A stretch of 64,000 nt of DNA from Malacoraja senta. Its lineage: Eukaryota. The notes below the pieces were generated by a model. The model saw only the letters and a program-made list of their open reading frames with translations. It ran no database searches and was not told where the DNA came from. Shown here one piece after another: positions 49,333-62,606 of the stretch (the first letter of the stretch is position 1; each line of letters begins with the position of its first letter). Location of the stretch: contig CM075977.1 in the NCBI GenBank assembly GCA_038087875.1, forward strand, positions 80,910,001 through 80,974,000, read 5' to 3'. Position numbers and translations under genes: made by a program.

Positions 49333-52300
49333 TGTAGATCAGCGACTCATGTTATGAGTCATACTTTGTAGCTACGCCCACTAGTTTAACAGAAAGCTTC
49401 CCTGCCCTTACTCTCTCACTTTTAGAGTAACGTGCTAAGATGAAGTTACCTATGCTGTAACGTTAATACAGTCTTTGGATCTTAATCACGGTGTGTGACT
49501 TAGGTTATTCCAACAGCAGAAGCTCAACGTGGTGTCAGAGTGTACGGACTCACTCCTTGCTTAATAATATTGATTTTATTTTAGTTTGTTATTTTCTCCG
49601 GTATATATTGCTATGGCTTCTGCTCTCAGAAAACCAGAGATCCTGGTGTTTGACGAGGACCTCGCAGAACGGTGGTGCGTGTTTGAAGAGAATTTTTCAA
49701 TTTACATTGAAGCGGCTCACCCTGCTGCTGCTCCCGGTGTTCGAGCATCAATTCTTCTTAATCTGGCAGGCACAGAAGCTGCTCGACGTGCCAGAAGATA
49801 TCATTATGAACCGGCTAGATTTGAGTCGGCTGGTGTCCAGATTGCTCCTGCTGAATCTATCGGAGACCCTGACTGCCTACTATGCAAATTCCGACAGTTA
49901 TGTGAGTTACGTACTAACTTGGTCATGGAGAGGCATTTGTTCTTTTCCAGAAGCCAGAGATAGGGAGAACCTGTGGAGATGTATGTCAGTGCGTTGAAGC
50001 ACATTGCCAATCGGTGCGATTTCCAGGATATATGTGATAGCCTAGTCCGTGACCGTTTGGTCTATGGTGTCCGCAATGATAAATTACGTGACGAGTTACT
50101 GTGAGATGCTGAGCTTACGCTGGAGACTGCTGAAAACCACTGTTGCATTGCTGAAATGGCTGACGCTCATACAAAAGTTTTAGGATACTTTGCTGGTCGT
50201 GAAATTAATATTGCCGGTGTGTCTTATCAAATCTCTCGCCGTTCTCCTCAAGTGCCCGACAACTCTATTGTGAGATTAATAGACAATTGCTTTAACTGTG
50301 GGGGTTCACATGCTGCTGTTCGTGACTGTTGCCCTGCGTATGGAAAAATATGTCAATTTGCAACAAAAGAAATAATTTCTTCAGATGCTGTCGTTCACGT
50401 AGCAACAGAGTTCAAACAAGACAATCTGTTAATTCACTTGGCCATGGAAACTTGCTCTCAGAATGCTCTCAACCAGATCTCACGGATTTCCAGGCTGCTG
50501 GAGAAAGTTTTGACCAATGTACATTCCTTGTCTGATTTAATGCATAAACAACTAGACCCCAAGGTCGCTTTGCTCGTTAATGGCAAGTACTTTTATCTGA
50601 AAGTCGATACCGGCGCCAGATGCAATGTGATTTGTCTGGCTGTGTTCAAAAAGTTACGAAAAACAGAGACTGTCACTCCTATGGCAGCCTCCCTTCTCCC
50701 ATTTGCAGGAGGTCCAGTGCACCCTATCGGTCAAGTTGAGTTACGCTGCTGTCTTAACTCACGTGTCCACAACCTGAGTTTCTATGTTGTTCGTGAAGAA
50801 GCGCCGTCTCTACTGGGTGCCAACGCATGTCAAGACATGGGACTTGTCTCTTTCAGCCCTTCTGTTTGTCATCTGACTACAGCCTGTGACTTTAGCCAAC
50901 AAATCCTGACACAATACAAAATTTTGTTTGACGACAACCTGGGCAGGTTGCCTGTTAGGTACACAATTACCATTGACCCTGAGGCAATTCCAGTTGTTCG
51001 TCCAGCTCATAAGATTCCCCATGCCATGCGGGACCGTGTTCAAAGTGAACTCAACAGAATGGTGTCTCTAGGTGTGATTGCTCCCGTCGCTGACCCCTCG
51101 GACTGGGTTTCCACCATGGTTGTGGCAACGAAGAAGAACAAAGACGAAATACGGATTTGTATCAATCCTAAGGACTTAAACACAGCCATTAAACAACCTC
51201 ACTATCCCATGCGCACGGTGGACGAGATTGCAACGCAGATGGCTGAGGCAACGGTATTCACAGTACTAGATGCCAAGAGTTCATTCTGGCAGATTTCGCT
51301 GGAACACAAATCCTCCATGTTAACCACTTTCAGCACACCGTTTGGGTGTTACAGATTTCTTCGCATGCCCTTTGGCATAAGCTCTGCTAGTGAAGTATTT
51401 CAACAAGCTATGGAGCAATTGTTTATAGGTTACCCATGCTCCATTGTAGTGGATGACATCCTCGTTGCGGGACGAACTGTCGAAGAACACGATGCTAATC
51501 TGATGAAGGTCCTGGATCGCGCCACGGCCATCAACCTCAAGCTAAACCCTCAAAAATGCTAATTCAGGGTAAGTGAGGTGAAATACATAGGCCATATGTT
51601 TACTAAAGACGGCCTAAAAACTGATCTGGCGAAAACCAGTGCTATCAACGAGCTCCCAGCACCCACAGACGTGCTTGGTCTGCAGAGATTCCTTGGCATG
51701 GGTAACTACGTGAACAAATTTTATCCGGACTTCAGTGAAATATCAGCGCCGTTGCGCCAGCTTACACACAAAGACACTGCTTGGACCTGGCACGAGCAAC
51801 AGCAGATGGCTTTCGACACTCTTAAGCAGCAGATGTCTTGTGCTCCTACTCTCGCTTACTTTGATCCTAAACGACCGGTCACACTGACTTGTGACGCTTC
51901 ACAACACAGACTAGGCGCGTAGCGGTAGCAGCAATAAGCCTGTTGCCTATGCCTCGCGCACTATGACTGACGCAGAACAATGATATGCCCAAATTGAGAA
52001 AGAGCTGCTGGCGGTTGTTTTCGCCTGCAAGAAATTTAACAACTTTATCTTCGGACAAACGGTCACGATTGAAATTGACCACCAACCTCTGATCAGCATC
52101 TTTAACAAACCGATTCATGCCTCTCCAGGGCGCCTACAGCGGATGCTGCTGCAGCTTCAAAAATATGACATTGTTCTAATCTACAAACGTGGTAAGGATA
52201 TGCACCTGGCTGACACTCTCTCGTGTGCACCCCGGAAGACCTACGAGGGTCCGCCCTCGCCGAATGATGACTTTGTCTTAATGACTGTCTTTTATTCCCT

Positions 52301-53979
52301 CGACCAGCATGGAGGACTTGGTTGCCCACACTGCTGCTGACAGTACTTTACGGTCGCTTGCCTCCGTCATTAAGTGTGGCTGGCCGGACAAACACTACAA
52401 CGTTCCGCTGCCAGTTCGGCCTTTTTTTGCCGTCCGTGATGAGCTATTGCTGCAGGATGGCATTATTGTAAAAGGACACAAGGCTGTGGTCCCTGCTTCG
52501 CTGCACAGCAAGTAATTTAACGCTGTCCACGCAGGGCACCCAGGCGCTGAAGCTACTGTCCTACGGGCGAGAAACATGTTTTACTGGCCTGGCATAGACG
52601 AATACATCACCGAAAATGTGGCGTCCTGTACAGTGTGCAACAGCTTGGCACCTCATCAACAAAAGCAACCACTTCTTTCACATCCGTCTCCTGCACTCCC
52701 GTGGTCTACATTGGCAACTGACATATTTGAGTGGCATGGCAAGCAGTAGTTGGTACTTGTCGATTCGTATTCAGGATGGTTTGACATTGATTTTCTTAGC
52801 AGCCCCATGGTAGTTTCGAAGCTTGCTCGCCATTTTTCAGTACATGGAGGTCCGTACATAGTTATCTGATAACGGCAGTCAATTTACCAGCCAACACTTC
52901 AAGGAATTTGCTGCACGCAGGGGTTTTCGCCACATCACCAGCAGCCCTGAATATCCTCAGTCGAATGGACTAGCTGTCAAGAGTGCCAAACAGCTCATGG
53001 AACGTTTGTACAGAGCTAATTCCGACGTGTTCCTGGATCTACTCAACTTACGCAACATCTCCCACGACCCCATTTTGGGTTCACCTGCTCAACATTTATT
53101 GTCGAGGCAGACCCGAGCCACGGTGCCTGTGGCGGATCAGGCATTGATCCCACAGGTGGTTCCACCATCGGAAGTCCAGTACAGGTTACAACAAAAGCGT
53201 GACATTCAAAAACAGTGGTATGACAAAATAAGTAGGCCACTGCCACCATTAACCAAGGGGCAGGTGGTTCGTTTGCAGACTGACAAAGGCCATGACCGTA
53301 TCTGTGTAATTTCTGGAACTGCTTCTGAGCCATGCTCATATCTGGTCAGTGCCGATGGCGGCACCTACAGGCGTAACAGACAACATATCCTACCTGTGAA
53401 TGAGCCAGCTCCACCTCCGTATTATCCAGACCATACAAGTGTACTTCCGTCCATGTCCAGCGGCATTAATCTGCCTACACCAGCACAACAACCCACTTCT
53501 GCAACGGCTGCTTTGCCAGTGGCGATGCCCCCTCCGCCTGCGCCATAGTCCCGTTCATCATCGGGAATGCTGGTTCAGTCTCCGTCACCTGTGATGCCAC
53601 CGGCTCTGTCCCCGGTGGGGAAAAACGGAGATGGTCTTTATCGCACACGTGCTGGTCGTGTTTGCAAGCCCACCGTGATGTACCCCGGCTATGTTTGACT
53701 TTCCACCAGCTTATTATCAATTGCTGTGCATGCCTTATTTAGTCAATGGTTTTGTACTGGCATTTAATTCTTTAAGAGGGAGGATGTAGATCAGTGACTC
53801 ATGTTATGTCATACTTTGTAGCTACGCCCACTAGTTTAACAGAAAGCCCCCCTGCCCTTACTCTCTCACTTTTAGAGTAACGTGCTAGGATGAAGTTACC
53901 TGTGCTGTAATGTTAATATAGTCTTTGGATCTTAATCACGGTGTGTGACTTAAGTTATTCCAACAGCAGAAGCTCAACA
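49333..53979 (+). mobile_element. Full-length, decayed Ty3/Gypsy LTR retrotransposon (Mag-like), gag-PR-RT-RH-IN
   Basis: LTRs 49333-49529 and 53785-53979. TSD ttatg at 49328-32 and 53980-84. PBS TGGTGTCAGAGTG (tRNA-Leu-like). PPT aagagggagga. Gag ATG at 49613, CFNCGGSH..C knuckle, VDTGA protease, VVDDIL RT, TCDAS RNase H, integrase. Many stops and frameshifts. Confidence 0.96.
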
Positions 53980-55527
53980 TTATGCAAAGATACATGTGGT
54001 TTGGAAAGAAAGAGGCTCATGCAGAGCAAAAGTACCAATTTAGGTTAGATGATCTGAAAGCCTTTTCTTTGCAGCCTGCTCAAAGTAAAGCTGTGTTTCC
54101 CACTGAAGATCTGAACTAAATGTCACACATACCTTCTTGAAAATCTGAATATAAAACCCCCATGAATTCTTTAATGTACATAAGATTGCAGATGCTGGAA
54201 TCTGAAGTAAAAAAGGAGATGAAAACTAATTGGATCAGGTAGGATCTGTGGAAGGAAAACGATAATTGACATTTCTGGTCATAGACCTGTCATCTAGACT
54301 GGAATTAATTCTTATTCTTTAAAAGTCGCACAAGTAAAACATTTTTAAATTGTTTAGATCAATGGATTTCAGACATGAATTGATGATGATTACAATTTAT
54401 AGAGGCTGACGAGAACTTTAGAAAAGGCCGATTGGAGATGTGATAGAAGTAAATCAAGTGCAAGGGATGTCACACTTTTACAATAAATGTGTTTTTAATT
54501 CTTAAATAGTAGAAATAGTTTACTAACCAACAAATCCCATGAGGAAAAGGAGAGTTATTTGGATAATTGCCATTGTTAGTGCTTATAATTTTGTTTCCAT
54601 GCCTTAACCTGACTGTTTTGACTAGACAGTACTGCAGGAGTGTGATTTTGTATATGCTTTTAATTCTGTGTTCATTACAAATCCGTTGGTCTATAATCTA
54701 TTGTAGAGAAGTTCCTAAAATGTGTAATTAAGGACCAGAGTGACTGAGCACTTGGGGAAATTTAACTACAGTTTTGGATGCAGGAATGTTTATAACTGTT
54801 GTTAGTATGGACTTGCAAAAAGCATTTGATAAGGATACATAAAAGGTGCTATTAGTTAATATTTGATGTCATTGGAATGCAAGGTAATTATTTTACTTGG
54901 TTATGGGATTGGTTTGACCATAAAAGTTTGAGAGAAGGTACCATGATTAAGTTCTTGGATCTTATGACCAGATTTTTTAAATAGACACGGATATTCTTTT
55001 CAGTTTGTTTGTTAATGAGATGAAGGTATGGCTGACAAGGCCAGTAGCTATTGCTCATCCCTAATTGGTGGCGGTTATCCACCTACTTAAACCGCTGTAA
55101 TCTATGTTGCAAAGGTACTAAGTGGTGTTAGATTGAGAGTTCCAGGAGTTTTGCCCAGCAAAGATGAAGGAATAGCAATATATTTCTAAGTCAGAAGGGC
55201 TAGAATATAAATGGGAAATAGTGGTGATTACTGTCTTTGTCCTTTTGGATGGTGGAGATAATGAGCAGGAACGTTGCTGCAATGCATCTTGAGGAATGGT
55301 AAATGTTACAGCCATCAAAAAGCAAAAAAAAAAATAAATCCGCAGGTCACACATCATCTGTGGAGGTAAAGTCCAGAGTTAATGTTTTCGGTTGGTGAAC
55401 CTTGATCAGGTGACCAAAAGAGTTAGACAGCTATGTTGTGCCAATTTTGGAGAGCCATAGTGCTTGAGGGTGCAGACGAAAGCCCACTTGAATGGGTTGC
55501 TTTGTCCCTGGATAGTGTGACACTGAC

Positions 55528-56301
55528 CATGGGCGGAAATCCTGGGGTGGGGGGAGAACTGGGGGGCCTGGCGGGACCTGTCCCCCCCCCCCAATGTTTT
55601 GAGAGGTGGGGGACAATCCCCCCCCCATGTTTTGTGACCTAGGCGCTACAGCCAGTCCCAGGTTGGCTCGCCTGCCCCAGGTCTGGCTGTAGCGCCCAGG
55701 TCGGCCCGCTTGCCCCAGGTCTGGCTGTAGTGCCCAGGTCGGCTTGCCTGCCCCACACTCCAAAGACGTGCAGATTTGTAGGTTAAGTGCTTCAGTAAAT
55801 TGTAAATTGTCCCTATAGTGTGTTGGATGGTGCTCGTGTACGGGGTGATTGCTGGTCAGCACGGACACGGTGGGCCAAAGGACTTGTAGTTCCCAGGTTG
55901 GCTCGCCTGCCCCAGGTCTGGCTGTAGTGCCCAGGTCAGCTTGCTTGCCCCAGGTCTGGGTGCAATTTGCAGGTCGCCTGCGTGCCCCGGGAATGGCTGC
56001 AGTTCCCAGGTCGGCTTGCTTGCCCCAGGTCTGGCTGTAGCGCCCAGGTCAGCTCGCTTGCCCCAGGTCTGGCTGTAGTGTCCAGGTCGGCTCACTTGCC
56101 CCAGGTCTGGCTGTAGCGCCCACGTCGCCTGCGTGCCCCGGGACTGGCTGCAGTTCCCAGATCGCGAAAACGAATTGAAAAAAAATACGCCTGCGGGCCG
56201 GATGATTTTGTGTTATGGGCCGTAGGTTGCCGACCCCTGTCCCAGATGTTAGGCCTCACTATGTCCCCCTCCATATTTTAAAAGCGATTTCCGCCCAACT
56301 G
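55528..56301. mobile_element. Putative non-autonomous DNA transposon carrying the ~39-bp minisatellite and a nested V-SINE fragment (55752-55886)
   Basis: 12-bp inverted ends tgggcggaaatc (55530-41) / gatttccgccca (56286-97). No clear TSD. Confidence 0.55.
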
Positions 56302-57665
56302 CTAATGTAACATGTTGATAGTATGATTGTAGATAGTGAAGAGGTAACTCACTTGTGCATTGCCCTGCTCCCATCCTGCTCTTGTTTTTGTTTGTGGTGG
56401 ATCTAATTAAAATTCTGGGTTCTTGTCTGTGGTGATTTAGCAACATTAATGACATTGTGCTTCCTTCAGGAGAAGTAGATACAATCTCTTGTTGGACACA
56501 TGACACGATAATAATCATCCTTCCCTGATCAACTCAGTGATTTGATTTTGATAGTGTAGACCAAAGCTGAAGCAGGGATTCACCTGCACCTCTTCCAGAC
56601 TGGATAATACTATCACAATGTGGTCACCTCTACATTGGAGAAACCCAACAGATGGACGTGGGCTTTGCAGAGCATTTTCTTTCAGTTTGCAGGGTCCTGG
56701 ATATCAGAATCAGAATGCTTTATTGTCATTGCATGTGTCACGTACAATGAGATTACTGTGTCTCTCCATTTACAAGAACTTCAAACATTCACATACTCAT
56801 ACTTTTTACACTCCCTCCCTCCCCAAACCCACTCATGGATTCTACCCTGGCACAATTCCCACCAAACAAACAGATAAGACGAAAAAACAGTTCAATCTAG
56901 GAGAGCTCACAGCCGCAGCGTCCTGGCGCGCAGCCATCTTGTCCACCTTATCCTGCTGCAGTATTACATCCTATATTATTATATTATTTATATTATCATA
57001 TCTATATTATCATATTATCTCCTCATCCAAATCATTAATACTTGTAAATAGCTGGGGCCGTGTGAAGGAGGCCACGTATTGGTAGGGATGGAAGAGTGGT
57101 GGGAATGCTGAGGAGGGGAGAAAATGCATCCAATGATAGAAAGAGTTGAAAGTTACATTGGTTCCATGTCTCGCTCTCTCCAACCAGAAATTTGCAAAAC
57201 AAAATGTGATTTATATCCTTAGCCTTTTCAACATTATAATAGTAGCTATGCCTAAAAATAAATCAGGTTTGAAGAGCTTGGAACATAGTGCAGTCATGCA
57301 TGGCATTATATTAATCAAAGGTAGACAGCCAGATTGACAATTGTGCTGGGAAACTGATTCATTGAACTTGCGCCTAATTAGCTTTACAAGATAAACTGGT
57401 GTAAAAGGCACCATGCTATGCATAGAGTATGCATTTCATTTGTCATGTTAATCTGTTTATTAATTATCTCTGTGCCTGATATTGAGCCAGTTTGATGTTG
57501 TAGTTTGAATGCATTGTTTGCAAACTAAATACAGTATTGATGTTTGGACTTCCACTGCATAACCTAGGAAACTTAAACTGTAAAGGGAGACAACTTTAAA
57601 TTTAAATTTGTATGTTATTTTTTGTGAAATGTTATTCATTTATAGACTACTTATCTTTTCAATAG

Positions 57666-57722
57666 GAAGGGTGTCTATGTCCATCAGATTGCAGCACAGT
57701 ATCGCGTCACGGTGCTTCAGAG
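57666..57722 (+). CDS. LDLRAD4: LDLRAD4 short internal coding exon, 57 nt, phase 0/0 (not in the ORF track)
   Basis: Acceptor ttatcttttcaatAG (57664-65) and donor GTATGG (57723). Translates EGCLCPSDCSTVSRHGASE, matching recalled human EGCLWPSDSAAPRLGASE. The phase joins both flanking exons. Confidence 0.92.
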
Positions 57723-57849
57723 GTATGGACTAATTGAATGTTCTATAATATGAACGTGAGATAAATATTTTGAATGAAATGTGTAAATCACAGGTAAATT
57801 ATAGAATAATGATAAAAAATGCTGGATTCCTAGAGAGTAATATATCAAT

Positions 57850-59945
57850 GCAACACGGAAACAGACCCATTGGCCTACCTTGTTGATGCCAAACAAATTG
57901 GCACACCAGACCCATTTGCCTACATTTGGCCTCATAGCCTTCTAAACCCTTTCTATCCATATAGTTTCCCAAATATATTTTAAAATAATTGCATCCACTT
58001 TAACAGCTTCTTCTGACAGATTACTTTAGATACAGATTACCCTCTGAGTGAAAATGTTGCCCCTGAGGCCCCTTTTGTATCTCTCGCCTCTCAATTTAAG
58101 CCTATGCCCTCTAGTTTTAGAATCCTCTAATCTACAGTGCCCCCCCCCCCCATAATGTTTGGGACAAAGACCCATCATTTATTTATTTGCCTCTGCACTC
58201 TACAATTTGAGATTTGTAATTAAAAAAAAATCACAAGTGGTTAAAGTGCACATTGTCAGATTTTAATAAAGGGTATTTTTATACATTTTGGTTTCACCAT
58301 TTAGAAATTACAGCAGTGTTTATACATAGTCCCCACATTTCAGGGCATCATAATGTTTGGGACATAGCAATGTCATGTAAATGAAAGTAGTTATATTTAG
58401 TATTTTGTTGCATATCCTTTGCATGCAATAACTGCTTGAAGTCTGCGATTCATGGACATCACCAGTTGCTGAGTGTCTTCTCTGGTGATGCTCTGCCAGG
58501 CCTGTATTGCAGCCATCTTTAGCTTATGCTTGTTTTGGGGGCAGCCATCTTCAGCATATAAAAGGCAATTGGGTTCAGATCGGGTGATTGACTTGGCCAC
58601 TCAAGAATTGACCATTTTTTAGCTTTTAAAAACTCCTTTGTTGCTTTAGCAGTATGTTGGGGATCGTTGTCTTGCTGTAGAATGAACTGCCGGCCAATGA
58701 GTTATGAGGCATTTGTTTGAACTTGAGCAGATAGGATGTGTCTATAAACTGCAGAATTCATTATGCTACTACCATCAGCAGTTGTATCAACAATGAAGAT
58801 AAGTGAACCAGTACCTTCAGCAGTACCTTCAGCAGCCATACATGCCCAGGCCATAACACCCCCACCACCGTGTTTCACAGATGAGGTGGTATGCTTTGGA
58901 TCTTGGGCAGTTCCTTCTCTCCTTCATACTTTCCTCTTGCCATCACTCTGATATGTTAATCTTCGTCTCATCTGCCCACAAGACCTTTTTTTTCCAGAAC
59001 TGTGGTTGTTCTTTTAAGTACTTCTTGGCAAACTGTAACCTGGCCATCCTATTTTTGCGGCTAACCAGTGGTTTGCATCTTGCAGTGTAGCCTCTGCATT
59101 TCTGTTCATGAAGTCTTCTGCGGACAGTGGTCATTGACAAATCCACTCCTGAAGAGTGTTTCTGATCTGTCGGACAGGTGTTTGGGGATTTTTCTTTATT
59201 ATAGAGAGAATTCTTCTGTCATTAGCTGTGAAGCTCTCTTTCTTCTTAATGATGTTCCAAACAGTTGATTTTGGTCAGCCTACGGTTTGGCTGATGTCTC
59301 TAACAGTTTTAGTCTTGTTTCTCAGTCTCATAATGGCTTCTTTGACTTTCATTGGCACAACTTTGGTCCTCATGTCGATAACCAGCAATAAAAGTTTCCA
59401 AAGGTGATGGAAAGACTGGAGGAAAGACTTGGGGCTGAGAGCTCTCTAATACCTGCATTAAGGAGGAAATTAAACACACTTGAATAATTACAAACGCCTG
59501 TGAAGCCATGTGTTCCAAACATTATGGTGCCCTGAAATGGTGGGGACTATGTATAAATACAGCTGTAATTTGTACATGGTGCAACCAAAATATATTAAAA
59601 ATACCCTTTAATAAAATCTGACAATGTGCACTTTAACCAGATGTGATTTTTTTTCTTTTACAAATCTCAAATTGTGGAGTACAGAGGCAAATAAATAAAT
59701 GATGGTTTTTTGTCCCAAACATTTTGGAGGGCACTGTATTGTCTCATGATCTTGTACATGTCATTAAGATCACCCTTCAGCCTCCTTTGCTCCAAAGGAA
59801 AAAATCCCAGCCTATCCCACTTCTCTCTATAACTCAAATTTGCAAGTTTGGAGGGGTGGGGGTGACATTCTGGTGAATCTCTTCTGCACTCTTCCAAACT
59901 TCATGACCTCCTTCTTGATGCTAGGTGACCAGAATATCACACAAT
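57850..59945 (-). mobile_element. Old CR1 3' fragment interrupted by Tc1
   Basis: LSYREKWDRLGFFPLEQRRLKGDL (59667..59897) and CR1 3'UTR remnants at 57850-58130. Confidence 0.75.
58135..59736 (-). mobile_element. Tc1-like DNA transposon, same family as 37013-38650, opposite orientation, inactivated
   Basis: TA|CAGTGC...GCACTG|TA. Shares LSMTTVRRRLHEQK and MAAIQAWQSITREDTQQLVMSMNRRLQAV peptides with the first copy. Confidence 0.95.
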
Positions 59946-59999
59946 CAGAAACAAGTCGGAAGCAAAACGAGTTGGAAACAGAAACAGAAATATAATATT

Positions 60000-60590
60000 G
60001 AACATAGAATAATACAGCATAGGAACGGGATCTACGGCCTTCGATGTCTGTGCTAAACATGACACCAAATCAAACTAATCTTCAGTGCCCGTACGTGATC
60101 CATATCACATTGTCCACTGCATATTCATGTGCGTACCTAAAAGCTTCTTAAATACCACTATCGAATATGGTTCCTTCACCACCATCCCACGCCGCGTGTT
60201 TAAGGTACTCACCACACTCCGTGTAAAAATAAATCTTGTCTCACATATCTCGTTTAAACTTCCCTCCTCTGATTTTAAACTTATGCCCACTAGTTTTTGA
60301 TATTTCCACGCTGAGAAATAGGTTGTAACTATGTTACCCTATCTGTGCCTCTTTTAGTCTTATAAACTTCTCTCAGGTCTTTCCTCGCCCTCTGATGTTC
60401 TAGGGAAAAGAATCCAAGTTTATCCAATTTCCCCTTGTGGATAATCCAGGAGGCATTCTAGTAAACCTCTTCTGCACCTTCTCCAAAGCCTTCACATCTT
60501 TCCTGTAATGGGTGACCAGAACTGCACACAGTGCTTCAATGTGACTGAACCAAGTTTTTTAAAGTTGCAACACAACTTCCTGACTCTTAA
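60000..60590 (-). mobile_element. Old CR1 3' fragment
   Basis: FTRSVVSTLN-like remnants, aacctcttctgcac, gaccagaactgcacaca. Confidence 0.65.
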
Positions 60591-60782
60591 ATATTGGAAG
60601 AACTCAGCCGATCAAACAGAATCTGTAGGAAGAGATGCCAGTGAACATTCCAAGTTGAAGACCCGGCATTTCTGTTTTTCGCTGTGATCAAATAACAATG
60701 CAGCTTCATATGAATTAATGACTTCTTAACCTTAACTATGGAGGGTATTTCCCCACCGTTTTATGAATTTCTCCTTATATAA

Positions 60783-60960
60783 AGGGCCTGTCCCACTATA
60801 TGAGTTTACCCAAGAGCTCTCCCGAGTTAAAAAAAAAAATCAAACTCGGGGTGTCAGGGAGAACATACAAACTCCGTACAGACAGCACCCATTGTCAGGA
60901 TCGAACCCAGGTCTCTGGCGCTGTAAGGCAGCAACTCTTCCGCTGCGCCACCGTGCCGCC
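60783..60960. mobile_element. Truncated Harbinger-MITE end (60783-60848) fused to a V-SINE 5' part (minus strand, 60850-60960)
   Basis: agggcctgtcccact TIR, then reverse-complemented SINE A/B boxes (ggatcgaacc, gcgccaccgtgccgcc). Confidence 0.7.
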
Positions 60961-62069
60961 ACAGTGCATATTATCTATGAGGTCATTCAGACTCCCTGAA
61001 CATGGACACCTTTCAAACCTTCACCATTTATAGCATACTCAATGTTTTTTCTCCCAATATGGACAATCCTACATACCATGTCATTTCCCAGTCACAATCT
61101 GTCAGCTTCTTGAAGCTTCTCTGAATCCTCATTACAGCCTACAGACAGCTTAATCTAGTCAGGAAACATGGCACTTATCCCTTCATCCAAATCATTGAGA
61201 TAGGATATTAGCAGATGGGGCCCAACACCTCCTTCCTGCTTTCTTCTAATTACCTTTCCTAATCCAACAATGCCATGTTTATTCCTCCCACCCCTTATTA
61301 CGTGACAGGGTGAAACCCGCTGAGTTTCTCCAGCATTTTTGTCCACCTTCGATTTTTCCAGCATCTGCAGTTCTTTCTTAAACAATGCTAAGTTACTCCA
61401 TCACTTTGTGTTTTATTCAAGGAATAACTGAATATGCTTACTTTATATAAAATAACTACATATTTCTAAACTTCACATACTAGCTTTGAAAATTTAATCT
61501 TTTATGATTTTACCCTTCTCTTTCCATCAATTTTTATTCTGGTACTGTAACTTGCCCTGTACCTCATCTCAATATATTTTAATACTCCAAATTCATTCCT
61601 AAAATTATTTTAACATTAGCCTGAGCTTTACTGCATGACCATTGTGTACTTATGATATTATAATATTGCAGATGTTGATCCAGGGCTAGTCTGTGTTGTG
61701 TGCAACTGCGAGATTCAAATAATACCATGGCTGCAAAACCCAAATTGGTAGGTTTTATTATTAGATGAGATTACCCTTTTCTCTTCCGGCTATGATTTGT
61801 GATTTTGCACAAGCCATATCTCAAAGTTCACATATCCCACATTTAGCGCCACTTCTGTATTGATGCTTTTAAATCCATCTACTATTTTTATAATGATGCT
61901 TTCAACATAACATACAGGTGCTTAATATTCATTCCTATAAAGATGAAATACATTAAACTTGCATTCTTGTAATCATCTTCAAAAATGGTAACTGTAGTTT
62001 AAAAATTAGATATAAAAACTCAATACTTTAGTAAAAACCCTGCATTAAAATGTTTTCTCTTGCTTTCAG

Positions 62070-62606
62070 CTGATGTATTCTCCAAGATCGAGGGACAGAT
62101 TTTCAGCCCCATCTTTCATGCAGAGAGAGCGCTTTAGCCGCTTCCAACCTACGTATCCTTATGCGCAACATGAAATTGATCTTCCTCCCACCATTTCACT
62201 ATCAGATGGAGAGGAGCCTCCTCCATATCAGGGGCTGTGCACACTGCAACTTCGAGATCCAGAACAACAAATGGAACTCAATCGTGAGTCTGTCAGGGCA
62301 CCACCTAACAGAACTATCTTTGATAGTGATTTGATTGACGTCTCTGTGTATAATGGAGGACCACAGCCACCAAGCAGCAATTCTGGCATTAGTGCAACTA
62401 ATTATAGCAGCAATGGAAGGATGGAAGGACCACCGCCCACTTACAGTGAAGTTATGGGTCACTACCCAGGGTCAGCGTTCTTCCATCACCAGCAGAACAT
62501 GCCAACCTCACAGGCCAATAACAGACTCCACTTTCAGCAGAACAATGAGGACAATAGGGCCATCTCATTTCAAGGAAAGGATTCGCATACAGGGAAAATT
62601 GTGTGA
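62070..62606 (+). CDS. LDLRAD4: LDLRAD4 terminal coding exon (two PY motifs and PPNR Smad-interaction motif)
   Basis: Acceptor ttttctcttgctttcAG (62068-69). Translates [16 protein letters not shown]...[44 protein letters not shown]...[17 protein letters not shown]...GKIV*. The RSRDRF-APSF start and FQQNN...KGKD...GxxV end resemble LDLRAD4 rather than PMEPA1. Confidence 0.96.
   Translation: MMYSPRSRDRFSAPSFMQRERFSRFQPTYPYAQHEIDLPPTISLSDGEEPPPYQGLCTLQLRDPEQQMELNRESVRAPPNRTIFDSDLIDVSVYNGGPQPPSSNSGISATNYSSNGRMEGPPPTYSEVMGHYPGSAFFHHQQNMPTSQANNRLHFQQNNEDNRAISFQGKDSHTGKIV

Noticed and set aside
62070-62606. Assignment as PMEPA1
   Set aside because: The exon start ([12 protein letters not shown]) and the C-terminus fit recalled LDLRAD4 better. 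A phylogeny or synteny check would confirm.
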